A DNA stretch of 64,000 nucleotides from the NCBI GenBank assembly GCA_045589295.1, contig JAZNOU010000021.1:1-64000 (forward strand). Reading direction: 5' to 3'. The notes under the pieces are model-generated. The model was not told the DNA's origin and did no database searches. It saw only the letters and a program-made list of their open reading frames with translations. The position numbers and the translations under genes are program-made. Within the stretch, counting starts at the first letter, position 1. Every line of letters starts with the position of its first letter. Shown one piece after another: positions 19,211 to 30,332 of the stretch. This DNA is from Clostridia bacterium (GTDB taxonomy: Bacteria > Bacillota > Clostridia > RGIG6154).

Positions 19211-19849
19211 TCAAAACGAAATAACACATCTGTTGATAGTAAAACCCTTTTCGGAAAAATTCTTTTCATACTCAGTCATAATATTATTTTCATTATATTC
19301 TGAATTGTGTAAATCAAATGTAAGTTCTGAAACTATTGCTCCGAATTCTTCAAACTGTTCAAGTGAAAAATCAAAAAGAGGTCTGTTGTCTGTTTTAAAA
19401 TGCACCTGACCGCCTTTAACTAAAACAGACTTATATTTTTCAAGAAAAGTACAATATGTAAGTCTTCTTTTTGCCTGACGTGACTTTTTCCACGGGTCAG
19501 AAAAATTAAGATATATTCTTTCAACTTCGCCACATTCAAAAATTTCTGTTAAAACGTTTGCATCTCCGAACATAAATCTTACATTTTTAATATCTGCATC
19601 TTTTATTTTTTCCATAGCAAGAATCAAAACATCAAGGCATTTCTCAATAGCCAAATAATTTATATTAGGATTTCTTTCAGCAAGTTCTTTTATAAACCCG
19701 CCTTTTCCGCAACCGATTTCAATATGAATTGGATTATCATTTCCAAAAAGTTCTTTCCACTTACCTTTTTGATTCTGTGGCTCCGAAACAGCAAATTCAA
19801 CACAATTTTCAAATCGTAAGTCTCTGTTTTTTTTACGTCGCATTCTCAT
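19211..19849 (-). CDS. trmB: tRNA (guanine-N7)-methyltransferase
   Basis: MRMRRK, EIGCGKG, LNFSDPW, KTDN, TEYE. Confidence 0.96.
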   Translation of the reverse strand: MRMRRKKNRDLRFENCVEFAVSEPQNQKGKWKELFGNDNPIHIEIGCGKGGFIKELAERNPNINYLAIEKCLDVLILAMEKIKDADIKNVRFMFGDANVLTEIFECGEVERIYLNFSDPWKKSRQAKRRLTYCTFLEKYKSVLVKGGQVHFKTDNRPLFDFSLEQFEEFGAIVSELTFDLHNSEYNENNIMTEYEKNFSEKGFTINRCVISF

Positions 19850-19853
19850 AAAA

Positions 19854-21671
19854 TCACCTGTTTGACCTATTTTTAGCTCTTAAGCCGTTATCAAGAATTT
19901 TCTTTCTTATTCTTATATTTTTAGGCGTTACTTCAATAAGTTCATCACTGCCGATAAATTCAATTGCCTCTTCAAGACTCATAATTCTTGGTGGAATTAA
20001 TCTCAAAGCATCATCTGCACCTGAAGAACGTGTATTTGTTAGATGTTTTTTCTTGCAAACATTAACATTAATATCTTCTGCCTTAGGTGACTCACCAACA
20101 ACCATGCCTTCGTATACCGGCGTGCCTGCTCCAATAAAAAGGCTACCTCTTTCCTGAGCATTGTATAGTCCGTATGTCACCGCTTCACCAGATTCAAACG
20201 CAACCAATGAACCAGTGCTTCTGCCATCAATATCACCTTTATATGGCTGATATGAATCAAACACTGTATTCAATATACCTTCACCTTTTGTATCTGTTAA
20301 AAATTGATTTTTATAACCAAACAAACCTCTCGAAGGAATTAAAAATTCAAGTTTAGTTCTTGTGCCTTTAGGCTCCATAGAAACCAATTCTGACTTTCTA
20401 GTGCCAAGTCTGCTCATAACTGCACCAACTGAATCATCAGGAACGTCAATAACAACTCTTTCAATTGGTTCACAAGTCTTACCATCGACTTCTTTAAAGA
20501 GCACTTTAGGTGTGCTTACCGCAAACTCATACCCCTCTCTTCTCATTGTTTCTATCAGGATAGAAAGATGCATTTCACCTCTTCCGCAAACCTTAAATGA
20601 ATCGGTAGTATCACCATCCTCAACTCTTATAGAAACATCTTTTAAAAGCTCTTTAAACAATCTGTCGCGAAGTTGTCTTGATGTAACAAACTTACCGTCT
20701 TTGCCTGCAAACGGGCTATCATTAACAGAAAATGTCATCTCAACAGTAGGCTCGCTGATTTTTACAAATGGAATTGGCTCAACTGAAGCCGTATCACAAA
20801 GCGTGTTACCAATTGTTATATCACCAACACCTGAGAAGCAAACAATATCACCTACTTTTGCTTCGCTTACAGGTTGCCTTGTAAGTCCTTCTATCTGATA
20901 CAAATTAACAACCTTGCTCTTATAGGGATTAGTATTTCCATGATAATCACAAACGGTAATTTCCTGATTTTGTTTTAATACTCCTCTTTCAATTCTGCCA
21001 ATACCTATTCTTCCTACATATTCATTATAGTCGATTGAAGAAACAAGCACCTGTGCAGGCCCTTTTTCATCACCTTCTGGTGCTGGCACCTGAGCCAGTA
21101 TCTTTTCAAATAGAGGAATCAAATTTTCACCCTTACTATCTGGTGTAAGAGAAGCTGTTCCATCTCTGCCTGAACAGAATAAAACAGGACTGTCAAGTTG
21201 CTCATTAGTAGCATCAAGTTCTATTAAAAGTTCCAAAACCTCATCTATTACTTCATCAATTCTAGCATCAGGTTTATCAATCTTATTAATAGCAACGATT
21301 AAATTGTGACCAAGTTCTAACGCTTTTTGTAAAACGAAACGTGTCTGTGGCATTGGCCCCTCTGCTGCATCTACAAGCAAAATAACACCATCAACCATTT
21401 TAAGAACACGTTCAACCTCACCGCCGAAATCTGCATGTCCCGGGGTGTCAACAACATTTATTTTAACATCTTTATAGTAAATAGATGTGTTTTTTGCAAG
21501 GATAGTAATTCCACGTTCTTTTTCAAGGTCATTAGAATCCATAACTCTTTCTTCCACAACTTGATTTTCTCTGAAAGTACCGCTTTGTTTAAGCATTTCA
21601 TCAACCAAAGTTGTTTTTCCGTGGTCTACGTGCGCAATAATTGCAATATTTCTTAAATCTTCTCTAATCAT
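19854..21671 (-). CDS. typA: Translational GTPase TypA/BipA
   Basis: [39 protein letters not shown]. Confidence 0.97.
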   Translation of the reverse strand: MIREDLRNIAIIAHVDHGKTTLVDEMLKQSGTFRENQVVEERVMDSNDLEKERGITILAKNTSIYYKDVKINVVDTPGHADFGGEVERVLKMVDGVILLVDAAEGPMPQTRFVLQKALELGHNLIVAINKIDKPDARIDEVIDEVLELLIELDATNEQLDSPVLFCSGRDGTASLTPDSKGENLIPLFEKILAQVPAPEGDEKGPAQVLVSSIDYNEYVGRIGIGRIERGVLKQNQEITVCDYHGNTNPYKSKVVNLYQIEGLTRQPVSEAKVGDIVCFSGVGDITIGNTLCDTASVEPIPFVKISEPTVEMTFSVNDSPFAGKDGKFVTSRQLRDRLFKELLKDVSIRVEDGDTTDSFKVCGRGEMHLSILIETMRREGYEFAVSTPKVLFKEVDGKTCEPIERVVIDVPDDSVGAVMSRLGTRKSELVSMEPKGTRTKLEFLIPSRGLFGYKNQFLTDTKGEGILNTVFDSYQPYKGDIDGRSTGSLVAFESGEAVTYGLYNAQERGSLFIGAGTPVYEGMVVGESPKAEDINVNVCKKKHLTNTRSSGADDALRLIPPRIMSLEEAIEFIGSDELIEVTPKNIRIRKKILDNGLRAKNRSNR

Positions 21672-21715
21672 TTTAATCTCCCGCCGTAATTAATTGCACT
21701 TAATATACTCGTTAA

Positions 21716-22996
21716 CTATTTTGAGTGAACGTTCAGAAATTTTAAGATTTTTTCCCTTTTTTTCTTTATACGTTCAGGCAAAGATGGAATAATACCGAAA
21801 TTTATATTCATTGGCTGAAACTTAACAACAGTTTCGTCGCTAATATAATGAGAAAGCGCACCTATTGCAGTTTCGCGTGGTAAAACCTTAGCTTGTCCAT
21901 CTTTGATGATTTGCGACAAATATAAACCAACTGCAAGACCTGAAGCTGCAGATTCTATATAACCTTCAACACCTGTAATCTGCCCTGCAAAAAATATCTT
22001 TTCATTTTTCTTGAGTTGGTACATATTATTCAAAAGATTTGGTGAGTTAATATATGTGTTTCTGTGCATAACACCATATCTGACAAATTCTGCGTTTTTA
22101 AGTGCTGGTATTAAACCAAACACTCTTTTCTGTTCACCAAATTTTAAATGTGTCTGAAATCCTACCAAATTATAAAGTGTGGCTTCTGAATTATCCTGCC
22201 TTAACTGCACAACTGCATAAGGCTCTTTTCCCGTTTTGGGATCCGGAAGCCCCACTGGTTTTAATGGTCCAAACAACAAAGTTTGCTCACCGCGAGATGC
22301 CATAACTTCAACCGGCATACACCCCTCAAACACTTTATTGTTTTCAAACTCTTTAAGCTGTGCACACTCGGCAGTAATAAGCTCATTATAAAAAATTTCA
22401 TATTCTTCCCTATTCATAGGACAGTTTATATAACAAGCTTCCCCTTTATCATATCTGGACGCCTTATAAGCATTTTCAAAATCAATAGATTCCGCTGTAA
22501 CAACTGGTGCTGCTGCATCAAAAAAGTGCAGATACTCATCGCCAGTAAGTTCCGCAATTTTTTTTGATAACCCATCTGAAGTAAGCGGACCTGTAGCAAT
22601 GACCGTATAATCTCCTTGAGGAATTTCAGTAACTTCACCGCTTACAATTTCTATATTTTCGTTTGCTGAAAGAACATCACTAATATATGCAGAAAACTTT
22701 TCCCTATCTACTGCCAAAGCGCCTCCTGCAGGCACACTGTTCAAATCTGCCGATTTGATTATTATTGAATCAAACGCACGCATCTCTTCTTTTAAAAGGC
22801 CCGGTGCATTTTCAAGCCCTGCAGCTCTTAAAGAATTTGAACATACAAGTTCTGCAAATGTTTTTAGCGAATGTGCAGGAGAATACTTTTGCGGTTTCAT
22901 TTCAAAAAGTTTAACCTTTATTCCTCTTCTAGATAGCTGCCATGCACATTCCGAACCCGCAAGACCTGCTCCTATCACATTAACTGTCAAACTCAT
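21716..22996 (-). CDS. trmFO: Folate-dependent tRNA m5U54 methyltransferase (3' end probably frameshifted; see findings)
   Basis: [35 protein letters not shown]. Confidence 0.95.
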   Translation of the reverse strand: MSLTVNVIGAGLAGSECAWQLSRRGIKVKLFEMKPQKYSPAHSLKTFAELVCSNSLRAAGLENAPGLLKEEMRAFDSIIIKSADLNSVPAGGALAVDREKFSAYISDVLSANENIEIVSGEVTEIPQGDYTVIATGPLTSDGLSKKIAELTGDEYLHFFDAAAPVVTAESIDFENAYKASRYDKGEACYINCPMNREEYEIFYNELITAECAQLKEFENNKVFEGCMPVEVMASRGEQTLLFGPLKPVGLPDPKTGKEPYAVVQLRQDNSEATLYNLVGFQTHLKFGEQKRVFGLIPALKNAEFVRYGVMHRNTYINSPNLLNNMYQLKKNEKIFFAGQITGVEGYIESAASGLAVGLYLSQIIKDGQAKVLPRETAIGALSHYISDETVVKFQPMNINFGIIPSLPERIKKKREKILKFLNVHSK

Positions 22997-25095
22997 TTGC
23001 CTCCTTTTTTAGCAACTGCATTCGTAATTGTTGCATTTGATTTACATTCAGGATTACTGCACTTGATTTTCTTTCTGCCCCTGAAAATGTTTCTGACCAT
23101 CATACTTCCGCAAATTTCGCATTTTTCCTTTAGTGGCTCATCCCATGTCATAAAATCACAAGTTGGATTATTCTCACAGCCAAAATATTTTTTGCCTTTT
23201 GCTGATTTCTTCTCCAAAATCCTACTACCACACTTAGGACAGTTAACCCCTGTTTCAACAGCGATTGCTTTAGTATTTCTGCACGCAGGGAACCCTGGGC
23301 AAGCCAAAAACTTCCCAAATCTGCCCTGCTTTATTACCATTGTGCGTCCGCATTTTTCGCACACAATATCGCTTTCTTCATCCTGAATAACAACTTTTTC
23401 CATTTTTGATTCAGCTTCTTTAATTTCTTCCTTTAGATTACCATAGAATTCATTAAGGATATCTGTCCAAAGTTTACCATCTTCAATTTCATCAAGTTGT
23501 TTTTCCATATTAGCAGTAAAATCAACATCTACTATATTGGCAAAATGCTTGGCCATAAGACTATTCACAATTCCACCAAGTTCAGTTGGTTTTAATGATT
23601 TTTGTTCTTTAACAATATATCCTCTGTCAAGGATAGTTGAAATTGTAGGTGAATAGGTACTAGGTCTTCCGATACCATTCTCTTCCATCGTCCTGATTAA
23701 AGAAGCTTCAGTATACCTGGACGGCGGTGCTGTAAAGTTTTGCTTTGACACAATTTCATCAGTTATTACCCTTTCGCCTTCGCTAAGCATTGGAAGCATT
23801 GTTTCTTCCTGTTTTGCTTCATCTGTTGATTCTTCATAAATCTTTGTAAAACCAGCAAACTTAACTTTTACGCCACTAGCTTTAAACACATATTTATCTG
23901 CACACACATCAACACTTATAGTATCATAAACTGCCTTAGACATCTGGCTTGCTACAAATCTTTCCCAAATAAGTTTATATAATTTGAACTGTTCCGGTTT
24001 CAAAGATTCTTTTACCGATGCTGGTGTCAGGAAAACATTTGTAGGTCTAATAGCCTCGTGAGCATCTTGTGCGTTATTCTTTGTTTTGTATTGTGGCATA
24101 TAGCTTGGCACATACTCAGGTGAATAGTTTTCTTTTAAAAACGCTTTACATGCCACACCTGCTTCTTGCGATACTCTAAGTGAGTCTGTTCTCATATATG
24201 TGATAAGACCTATCGCACCTTGTCCCTTGATTTCAACACCTTCATAAAGTGTTTGCGCTACACTCATAGTTCTCTTTGTTGTAAAATTAAGCTTTCTTGA
24301 TGCCTCTTGCTGAAGAGTTGACGTTGTAAATGGAGGTGCGGGATTTTTTTCTTTAATTCCTGTTTTTAAATTTTTAACAAAGAAATCTGAGTCATCTAAT
24401 ACAGATAAAACTTTATCGGCTTCATCCTTTGAAGTAATTTCAAGCTTACCTTTGTCCGTTCCAAAAAATTTTGCAACAAATTTTTCTTTTTTATTTTCCC
24501 TGGTAAATTCACCGGTAATTGTCCAATATTCTTTCGGAACAAAGCTGTTGATTTCCTCTTCACGATCACAAATAATTTTTGTTGCAACTGACTGCACGCG
24601 CCCTGCGCTAAGTCCTTTTTTAACATTTTTCCACAATAGCGGGCTTATTTTATAGCCAACAATTCTATCTAAAATTCTTCGTGCTTGCTGAGCATTAACA
24701 AGATCTTCATCAATAGGTCTTGCATACTTTAAGCTTTCTTTTACGGCATTTTTAGTGATTTCATTAAAAGTGATTCTCACATTATCTTTTCCGTTAATTC
24801 CAAGCACATTAGAAAGATGCCATGAAATAGCTTCACCCTCGCGGTCCGGGTCAGTTGCAAGATACACTTTTTTTGAAACTGAGGCTTCCTTTTTTAATTT
24901 TGAAAGAAGCTCCCCTTTTCCTCTTATAGTAATATATTTAGGTTCAAAGTTATTTTCTAAATCAACTCCGATTTGACTTTTAGGCAGATCAACAAGATGG
25001 CCCATAGAAGCCATAACTTTATAGTTCTTACCAAGATATTTTTTTATGGTGTTCGCCTTAGCCGGTGATTCAACAATCACTAAATTATCTGACAT
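22993..25095 (-). CDS. topA: DNA topoisomerase I
   Basis: [32 protein letters not shown]-terminal zinc ribbons; GGAGGA RBS before ATG 25095. Confidence 0.97.
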   Translation of the reverse strand: MSDNLVIVESPAKANTIKKYLGKNYKVMASMGHLVDLPKSQIGVDLENNFEPKYITIRGKGELLSKLKKEASVSKKVYLATDPDREGEAISWHLSNVLGINGKDNVRITFNEITKNAVKESLKYARPIDEDLVNAQQARRILDRIVGYKISPLLWKNVKKGLSAGRVQSVATKIICDREEEINSFVPKEYWTITGEFTRENKKEKFVAKFFGTDKGKLEITSKDEADKVLSVLDDSDFFVKNLKTGIKEKNPAPPFTTSTLQQEASRKLNFTTKRTMSVAQTLYEGVEIKGQGAIGLITYMRTDSLRVSQEAGVACKAFLKENYSPEYVPSYMPQYKTKNNAQDAHEAIRPTNVFLTPASVKESLKPEQFKLYKLIWERFVASQMSKAVYDTISVDVCADKYVFKASGVKVKFAGFTKIYEESTDEAKQEETMLPMLSEGERVITDEIVSKQNFTAPPSRYTEASLIRTMEENGIGRPSTYSPTISTILDRGYIVKEQKSLKPTELGGIVNSLMAKHFANIVDVDFTANMEKQLDEIEDGKLWTDILNEFYGNLKEEIKEAESKMEKVVIQDEESDIVCEKCGRTMVIKQGRFGKFLACPGFPACRNTKAIAVETGVNCPKCGSRILEKKSAKGKKYFGCENNPTCDFMTWDEPLKEKCEICGSMMVRNIFRGRKKIKCSNPECKSNATITNAVAKKGGK

Positions 25096-25110
25096 ATTTT
25101 CCTCCATATA

Positions 25111-26223
25111 CTATCTTTTGATTTTGTATCTGTTACCTTCGCATTTTTCAACTATACCAAAAAGTTCAAGATTTACAAGATACACAGATAAATCTGCAAT
25201 ACTTATATTTACTTCTTTAACAATATCGTCTATATGCAATGTTTTTTGAGAAAGAGCTTTTACAATTTTCTTTTCATCTTCACTAAAATTCTCAAGCAAG
25301 CTATTATCAATTGTGAAAATCTGTTCTTCGTTTGGAAATGACGGCATTTCTTTTTTTACAAGGTATGGATATTTTGCATAAAAGTATGCAATTACCTCAC
25401 TTGGTGAAGTTACCAGTATACCTCCCTCTTTTATGTAACGATTACTGTTTTGATAGTATTTATTATAAATACTTCCCGGTATAACAAAGGCATCTCTTCC
25501 ATACAAAGCGTCCCAATTAAAAGTATGCGATGTTCCGCTTTTGGCGCCACACTGAATAAAAACTGTTGCATCAGAAATCCCTGCAAGAAGCCTGTTTCTA
25601 AACAAAAAGTTTTCCTTATACGCATTTGTTCCAAATGGATATTCCGTTAAGAACAATCCTCCGTTTTGCATAATACTGTTTCTTAATCTAAAATGTTTTG
25701 CAGGATAAGTGTAATTTATTCCGCAAGGCAATATTACAATAGAAGAAAGTGCTGTCTTATTGACATTTGCTTCAATACCCTCAGCAAAACCTGCAACAAC
25801 CTGAATGCCAGCTCCCATAAGCTCCCGTGAAAACCATATTGCATTTTCTGTACCTTCTTTGTCGTGCTCCCGCGAACCAATAACAGTAACTTTTGGTGCC
25901 TTTAACAAATCTAAATTTCCTTTAGCATATAAAACTGCGGGAGGCATATCTGTATATTTTAAAAGTTTAGGATAAATTCCGCTGTTTTGAGTTATAATCT
26001 CAACGTTTTCTTTTTCGCAGCGCAAAACAATTTTTTCTGCCTGTTTTAACTCGCGCCTTTTCATATTGTCCTTCTGCTTATCTGATAAATTTAACAAATC
26101 TTCATCTGTAAAACGCTCAAAGGCCTGTTTCGCATTTCCATACTTTTCGATTAGGCAGTTAAATATATCCTGTCGGTTAAAAAGTACAACGGAAAACCAA
26201 ATATCATAAAGCACGTCGTTCAT
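25111..26223 (-). CDS. dprA: DNA-processing protein DprA
   Basis: YPKLL...PPAVLYAKGN, IGSR, TEYP, FLFRNR, PGSI, C-terminal winged helix; precedes topA. Confidence 0.9.
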   Translation of the reverse strand: MNDVLYDIWFSVVLFNRQDIFNCLIEKYGNAKQAFERFTDEDLLNLSDKQKDNMKRRELKQAEKIVLRCEKENVEIITQNSGIYPKLLKYTDMPPAVLYAKGNLDLLKAPKVTVIGSREHDKEGTENAIWFSRELMGAGIQVVAGFAEGIEANVNKTALSSIVILPCGINYTYPAKHFRLRNSIMQNGGLFLTEYPFGTNAYKENFLFRNRLLAGISDATVFIQCGAKSGTSHTFNWDALYGRDAFVIPGSIYNKYYQNSNRYIKEGGILVTSPSEVIAYFYAKYPYLVKKEMPSFPNEEQIFTIDNSLLENFSEDEKKIVKALSQKTLHIDDIVKEVNISIADLSVYLVNLELFGIVEKCEGNRYKIKR

Positions 26224-26999
26224 TTCAACTCTCCTCTTTGTCTAATAGCTTCATACATTAAAATTGCACCTGCTATTGAAACATTCAAAGACTCGGCTTT
26301 TCCTAAAATAGGAATTTTAACTGGACAAATATTTTCAAATCTCATTAGTTCATTTGAAAGTCCGTGTGCCTCATTACCAAGGCATATAACAGTTTTTTGG
26401 GTAAGGTCTTCTTCAAAATGAGATTTCTCTGCTTGAAGTGAACCTGCAACCAACGAAAATCCGTTTTCGGCAAGAGATGTGAGATGTTGTAAATACTGTT
26501 CTTCTTTTATTATATTAATATGAAAACATGAACCCATTGTGGCACGGACGATTTTAGGTGAATATACATCCGCACATTCGGGTGAAAGTATTACTGTATC
26601 AATTCCAGCGGCATCGGCGGTTCTTATTATAGTGCCTACATTACCTGGATCGCTAACGTTGTCAAGGTATATTGCAAGCGTCGTGTGTGAAAAATCAACT
26701 TCTTTTTTTAAAATCCGCATTATTGCCAAGACACCCTGCGGAGATTTTGTATCTGAAATTCCTTCCATTATATAATCAGGAATTAAGTAAACATCAAAAT
26801 CCGAGGGGTTTACAATATCTTTATATTTTTCCGTAACAAATATACTTTCTATTTGCTGAGGCACACACGAAACAGCCTCTTTAACAACATTTTCTCCCTC
26901 AGCAATATAAAGTGCACTTTCGGTTCTTTTACTTTTATTTTTAAGTTGTTTAACTTCCTTAATTATTTTATTGGAAGTACTGCTTATATTTATTAACAA
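26220..26999 (-). CDS. TrmH/SpoU-family RNA 2'-O-methyltransferase
   Basis: DPGNVGTIIRTADAAG, GNEAHG, ESLNVS; probable TTG start at 26999. Confidence 0.92.
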   Translation of the reverse strand: MLINISSTSNKIIKEVKQLKNKSKRTESALYIAEGENVVKEAVSCVPQQIESIFVTEKYKDIVNPSDFDVYLIPDYIMEGISDTKSPQGVLAIMRILKKEVDFSHTTLAIYLDNVSDPGNVGTIIRTADAAGIDTVILSPECADVYSPKIVRATMGSCFHINIIKEEQYLQHLTSLAENGFSLVAGSLQAEKSHFEEDLTQKTVICLGNEAHGLSNELMRFENICPVKIPILGKAESLNVSIAGAILMYEAIRQRGELK

Positions 27000-27069
27000 A
27001 AAACCACCCTTTTTTTTACAACACACCTACACTATAATAAGTCAAAAATCAAAGGTTGTCAATAATTTT

Positions 27070-27588
27070 TTAAATTTCAAAATCATTTTTTAAAACAAAC
27101 ATAAAAATAATTGCAACTTTTAATGCGTAGAATAATCTTGTTTTATTGTAAAAGGCAGGTCGATTTATTTCCTCTTTTAGGTGTTTTTCAAGTCCTAAAG
27201 AAATTATAACCGCATCTGCAATAAATTTTTCAATATTAGTGTAATTGTTTTTCAAGTATTCTCTTAAATATATAATATTTTCAGCAACGAAGCCTTTGGA
27301 ATTTAAAAAAAAGTATTCAAAATTATCATATGATACAATCACACAATCCCTTGAAAAGTCTGAAAACTCTTTAATAACAAGACTTAATTCATCTGCATCA
27401 GTTAAATCTTCATTTGTAATGCCTGTAAAAAGTGCCATTTCATCACTCTGTGGTCTTGATGGTTTTACAAGCCTTGAAAATGTATCTGTTATTTTCCCGT
27501 CCGTAATTTTCACCGCACTTAAAAGCAAAATATCATCAGTTTCAGGATTTGCCCCATTTGTTTCAATGTCTATTGTTATATAATTCAT
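27070..27588 (-). CDS. DnaQ-like (DEDD) 3'-5' exonuclease domain protein with degenerate active site
   Basis: IDIETNG ExoI motif, DTFSRLVKP, FTGITNEDL; ExoII and ExoIII motifs poorly conserved. Confidence 0.7.
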   Translation of the reverse strand: MNYITIDIETNGANPETDDILLLSAVKITDGKITDTFSRLVKPSRPQSDEMALFTGITNEDLTDADELSLVIKEFSDFSRDCVIVSYDNFEYFFLNSKGFVAENIIYLREYLKNNYTNIEKFIADAVIISLGLEKHLKEEINRPAFYNKTRLFYALKVAIIFMFVLKNDFEI

Positions 27589-27599
27589 AGTATTCCCCT

Positions 27600-28229
27600 T
27601 TACTTAATTTTCTTTTTGCAAATATCTTTAATCGGACATATATCACACTTTGGTTTTCTTGCTTCACAGTATTTTCTTCCGTGAAGAACAAGCATATGAC
27701 AAAATTTTGTCTGAATTTCAGGCGGAATAAGTTTCTTTAAATCATTTTCAATTTTCACAGGATCTGAATTTACAGTAAGTCCCATTCTGTTTGAAAGTCT
27801 TATTGCGTGCGTATCAACAACAACTGATGGCACTCCAAATGCTTCGCCTAACACAAGATTTGCAGTCTTTCTTCCAACCCCGTCAATCACCAAAAGCTTT
27901 TCCATTGTATTGGGAACCTCTCCACCAAAAAGTTCACATATTTTCTTACAACCATTTTTGATATTCTGAGCTTTATTTTTATAAAGTCCCAAAGTTTTTA
28001 TATAACTTTCAAGTTCGTTTATATCGGCATCAGCAAAATCTGAAGCTGTTTTGTATCTTTTATAAAGTTCTTTTGTAACCTCATTTACTCTGTCGTCCCT
28101 ACACTGAGCAGAAAGTTCAGTAGAAATAAGAAGTTGTAAATTATTTTCAGTAATAAGTGAACACTTAGCATCAGGATATTCTTTATTTAGCACATTATAT
28201 ATTTTTAAAACCAATTCCTTTTTCTTCAT
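27600..28229 (-). CDS. nth: Endonuclease III
   Basis: LSAQC, HhH GVGRKTAN, VDTH, 4Fe-4S motif C-x6-C-x2-C-x5-C; start ATG 28229. Confidence 0.95.
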   Translation of the reverse strand: MKKKELVLKIYNVLNKEYPDAKCSLITENNLQLLISTELSAQCRDDRVNEVTKELYKRYKTASDFADADINELESYIKTLGLYKNKAQNIKNGCKKICELFGGEVPNTMEKLLVIDGVGRKTANLVLGEAFGVPSVVVDTHAIRLSNRMGLTVNSDPVKIENDLKKLIPPEIQTKFCHMLVLHGRKYCEARKPKCDICPIKDICKKKIK

Positions 28230-28298
28230 TAATATGTCCCCCAATAAAATATATTTTAACATATTTTTAATTAAAATCAAACATATTTCAAAAATATC

Positions 28299-28327
28299 TT
28301 GCAAACATTATAAAAAAAATATATAAT
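28299..28327 (+). promoter_or_regulatory. SigA promoter of rarA
   Basis: TTGCAA, 17 bp, TATAAT. Confidence 0.7.
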
Positions 28328-28359
28328 TAATGTAATATTTAAGTTATGGAAGTGATATT

Positions 28360-29622
28360 TTGAAAAGTCCTTTGGCAGACAGATTAAGACCACAAACCTT
28401 AGAAGATGTTGTGGGTCAAAAGCACTTATTGGGCGATGGTAAAATGCTTAACAAAATTATAAGCAGTAAATATATACCAAATATGATTTTTTACGGTCCC
28501 TCAGGTGTTGGTAAAACAACTATCGCAAACATAATTGCCAATTTTTCTGATAAAAAGCTTTATAAATTAAATGCTACAAACTGTTCAGTATCCGACATTA
28601 AAGCTATAATAAGCGATACAGAACACATTGATGCATCTAACGGAATTCTTCTGTATCTTGACGAAATACAGAATTTTAACAAAAAGCAACAACAATCACT
28701 TCTTGAAGTAGTAGAAAATGGACGTATTACATTAATTGCAAGTACAACAGAAAACCCCTACTTTTATGTATATAATGCCCTTCTTTCACGATGCAGTGTA
28801 TTTGAATTCAAACCTATTGATGAAGAAAGTATTGTCATTGCCTTAAAACGCGCTATAAGTATTTTAGAAAAAGAGTATTCTAAAAAAATCTTTGTTGAAG
28901 ATGACGCGTATCTCCACTTTTCTGCTACCGCAAACGGTGATGTTAGAAAAGCTATTAATGGCATCGAACTTGCAGTTTTAAGCAACGCAATTACAAATGA
29001 TGATATAATAAAGATAACACTTTCTGATGCATTGGAAGCCAGCCAAAAAAGCGGTTTTAAGTTTGACAAGGATGGCGATAATCATTATGATATATTGTCT
29101 GCTTTTCAAAAATCAATAAGAGGTAGTGACCCGGATGCATCTATCCACTATCTTGCACGCCTCATAGTTGGTGGAGATCTCGCAATAATTTGCAGGCGCC
29201 TTATGGTAATCGCATCTGAAGATATAGGTCTTGCATATCCAATGGCAGCAGCTATTGTTAAATCATGTTGCGACAGTGCTTTACAACTTGGATTTCCTGA
29301 AGCACGCATTCCTCTTGCACAAGCAGTTCTTATATTAGCCACTTCGCCAAAGTCAAATTCTGTTGTCTGTGCGATAGATAGTGCAATTAATGATATTAAC
29401 AACAAAGATGTTGGTGAAATTCCATCACACTTAAAAGATGGTCATTATGAAGGTGCAAAAAAATTAGGTAGAGCCAATGAGTATAAGTACCCGCACTCCT
29501 ACCCAAACAACTACGTAAACCAACAATACTTGCCAGATAAATTAGTTGATGCAAAATACTACAATCCAGGTAATAACAAAACTGAACAAAGTGCTAATGA
29601 ATATTGGAAAAAAATCAAATAA
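28360..29622 (+). CDS. rarA: Replication-associated recombination protein A
   Basis: PLADRLRP, GPSGVGKTT, TTENPYF, SAFQKSIRGSDPD, SEDIG. Confidence 0.96.
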   Translation: MKSPLADRLRPQTLEDVVGQKHLLGDGKMLNKIISSKYIPNMIFYGPSGVGKTTIANIIANFSDKKLYKLNATNCSVSDIKAIISDTEHIDASNGILLYLDEIQNFNKKQQQSLLEVVENGRITLIASTTENPYFYVYNALLSRCSVFEFKPIDEESIVIALKRAISILEKEYSKKIFVEDDAYLHFSATANGDVRKAINGIELAVLSNAITNDDIIKITLSDALEASQKSGFKFDKDGDNHYDILSAFQKSIRGSDPDASIHYLARLIVGGDLAIICRRLMVIASEDIGLAYPMAAAIVKSCCDSALQLGFPEARIPLAQAVLILATSPKSNSVVCAIDSAINDINNKDVGEIPSHLKDGHYEGAKKLGRANEYKYPHSYPNNYVNQQYLPDKLVDAKYYNPGNNKTEQSANEYWKKIK

Positions 29623-29623
29623 T

Positions 29624-29664
29624 AAAAATGTCCTTTAAATCAATGTTGTTTAAAGGACATTTTT
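29624..29664 (+). terminator. rarA terminator
   Basis: AAAAATGTCCTTTAAA / TTTAAAGGACATTTTT 16-bp inverted repeat. Confidence 0.8.
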
Positions 29665-29693
29665 ATTTACAAAGGTATAGTAAAAACATAAAA

Positions 29694-29897
29694 TTATGTA
29701 AACTTGCACCCAACTTAGCAAAATTATTCTGCATAGATTCAAGCTTTTACTAACTAATTTTATTAAATTTTTTGTATATAAACAGCTTGGTCATTTGTAG
29801 ATAATGTTCATAACTATGTAAATAAGTTCATTTTCCTTAATTTGTATGTGTCAATAACTTTTTATTTGAATTTTTTCTATAATTTATTATGTAAACT
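29694..29897. other. Cluster of XerD-arm-like (dif right arm) sequences
   Basis: Two exact TTATGTAAACT copies (29694-29704, 29887-29897) and one variant CTATGTAAAT (29814-29823) in non-coding DNA. Confidence 0.5.
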
Positions 29898-29942
29898 ATA
29901 TAAAAGGTGTATTTTATCACATTTTATATTATATTGTAAATT

Positions 29943-29968
29943 AAAAAAGCGCAGATAAATCTGCGCTT
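29943..29968 (-). terminator. rnpB terminator
   Basis: AAGCGCAGAT / ATCTGCGCTT stem ending in a U-tract on the minus strand. Confidence 0.8.
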
Positions 29969-29980
29969 AAATTACATAAT

Positions 29981-30324
29981 TTGAGCAAGCCTGTAAGCCG
30001 GGTTCTGTCTTAGACAATCATCTATCTAGACTGTACATCTCTGCACAGTTCAAGCCACCTACCCAAGGAGCGTCGGGCCAACGTTTTCTCCTTAATCCGG
30101 TGTTGCTCCGAGTGGGGTTTACACGAAAAAATCAGTTACCTGATTTCCAGTAAGCTCTTACCTCACTATTCCACCCTTACCGCTAAAGCGGCGGTTTATT
30201 TTCTGTTGCACTTTCCTGAGAGTCGCCTCTACCGGGAGTTACCCGGCACCCTGCCCTGTGGAGCCCGGACTTTCCTCATATGCATCCTTTCGGATTTGCA
30301 TCCGCGATTGTCCGACTTACTCAA
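29981..30324 (-). ncRNA. rnpB: RNase P RNA (class A)
   Basis: Minus strand GAGGAAAGTCCGGGCTC, GGAAAGTGCAACAGAAA, TAAACCCCAC, ACAGAACCCGGCTTA; complementary P1 ends. Confidence 0.97.
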
Positions 30325-30332
30325 AATATTAG

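Noticed and set aside
28230-28359. LexA SOS box between the divergent repair genes nth and rarA
   Set aside because: No GAAC-N4-GTTC match was found by eye.
29665-29945. CRISPR array or replication origin in the AT-rich gap
   Set aside because: No regularly spaced 25-40 bp repeats, no cas genes and no TTATCCACA DnaA-box cluster.
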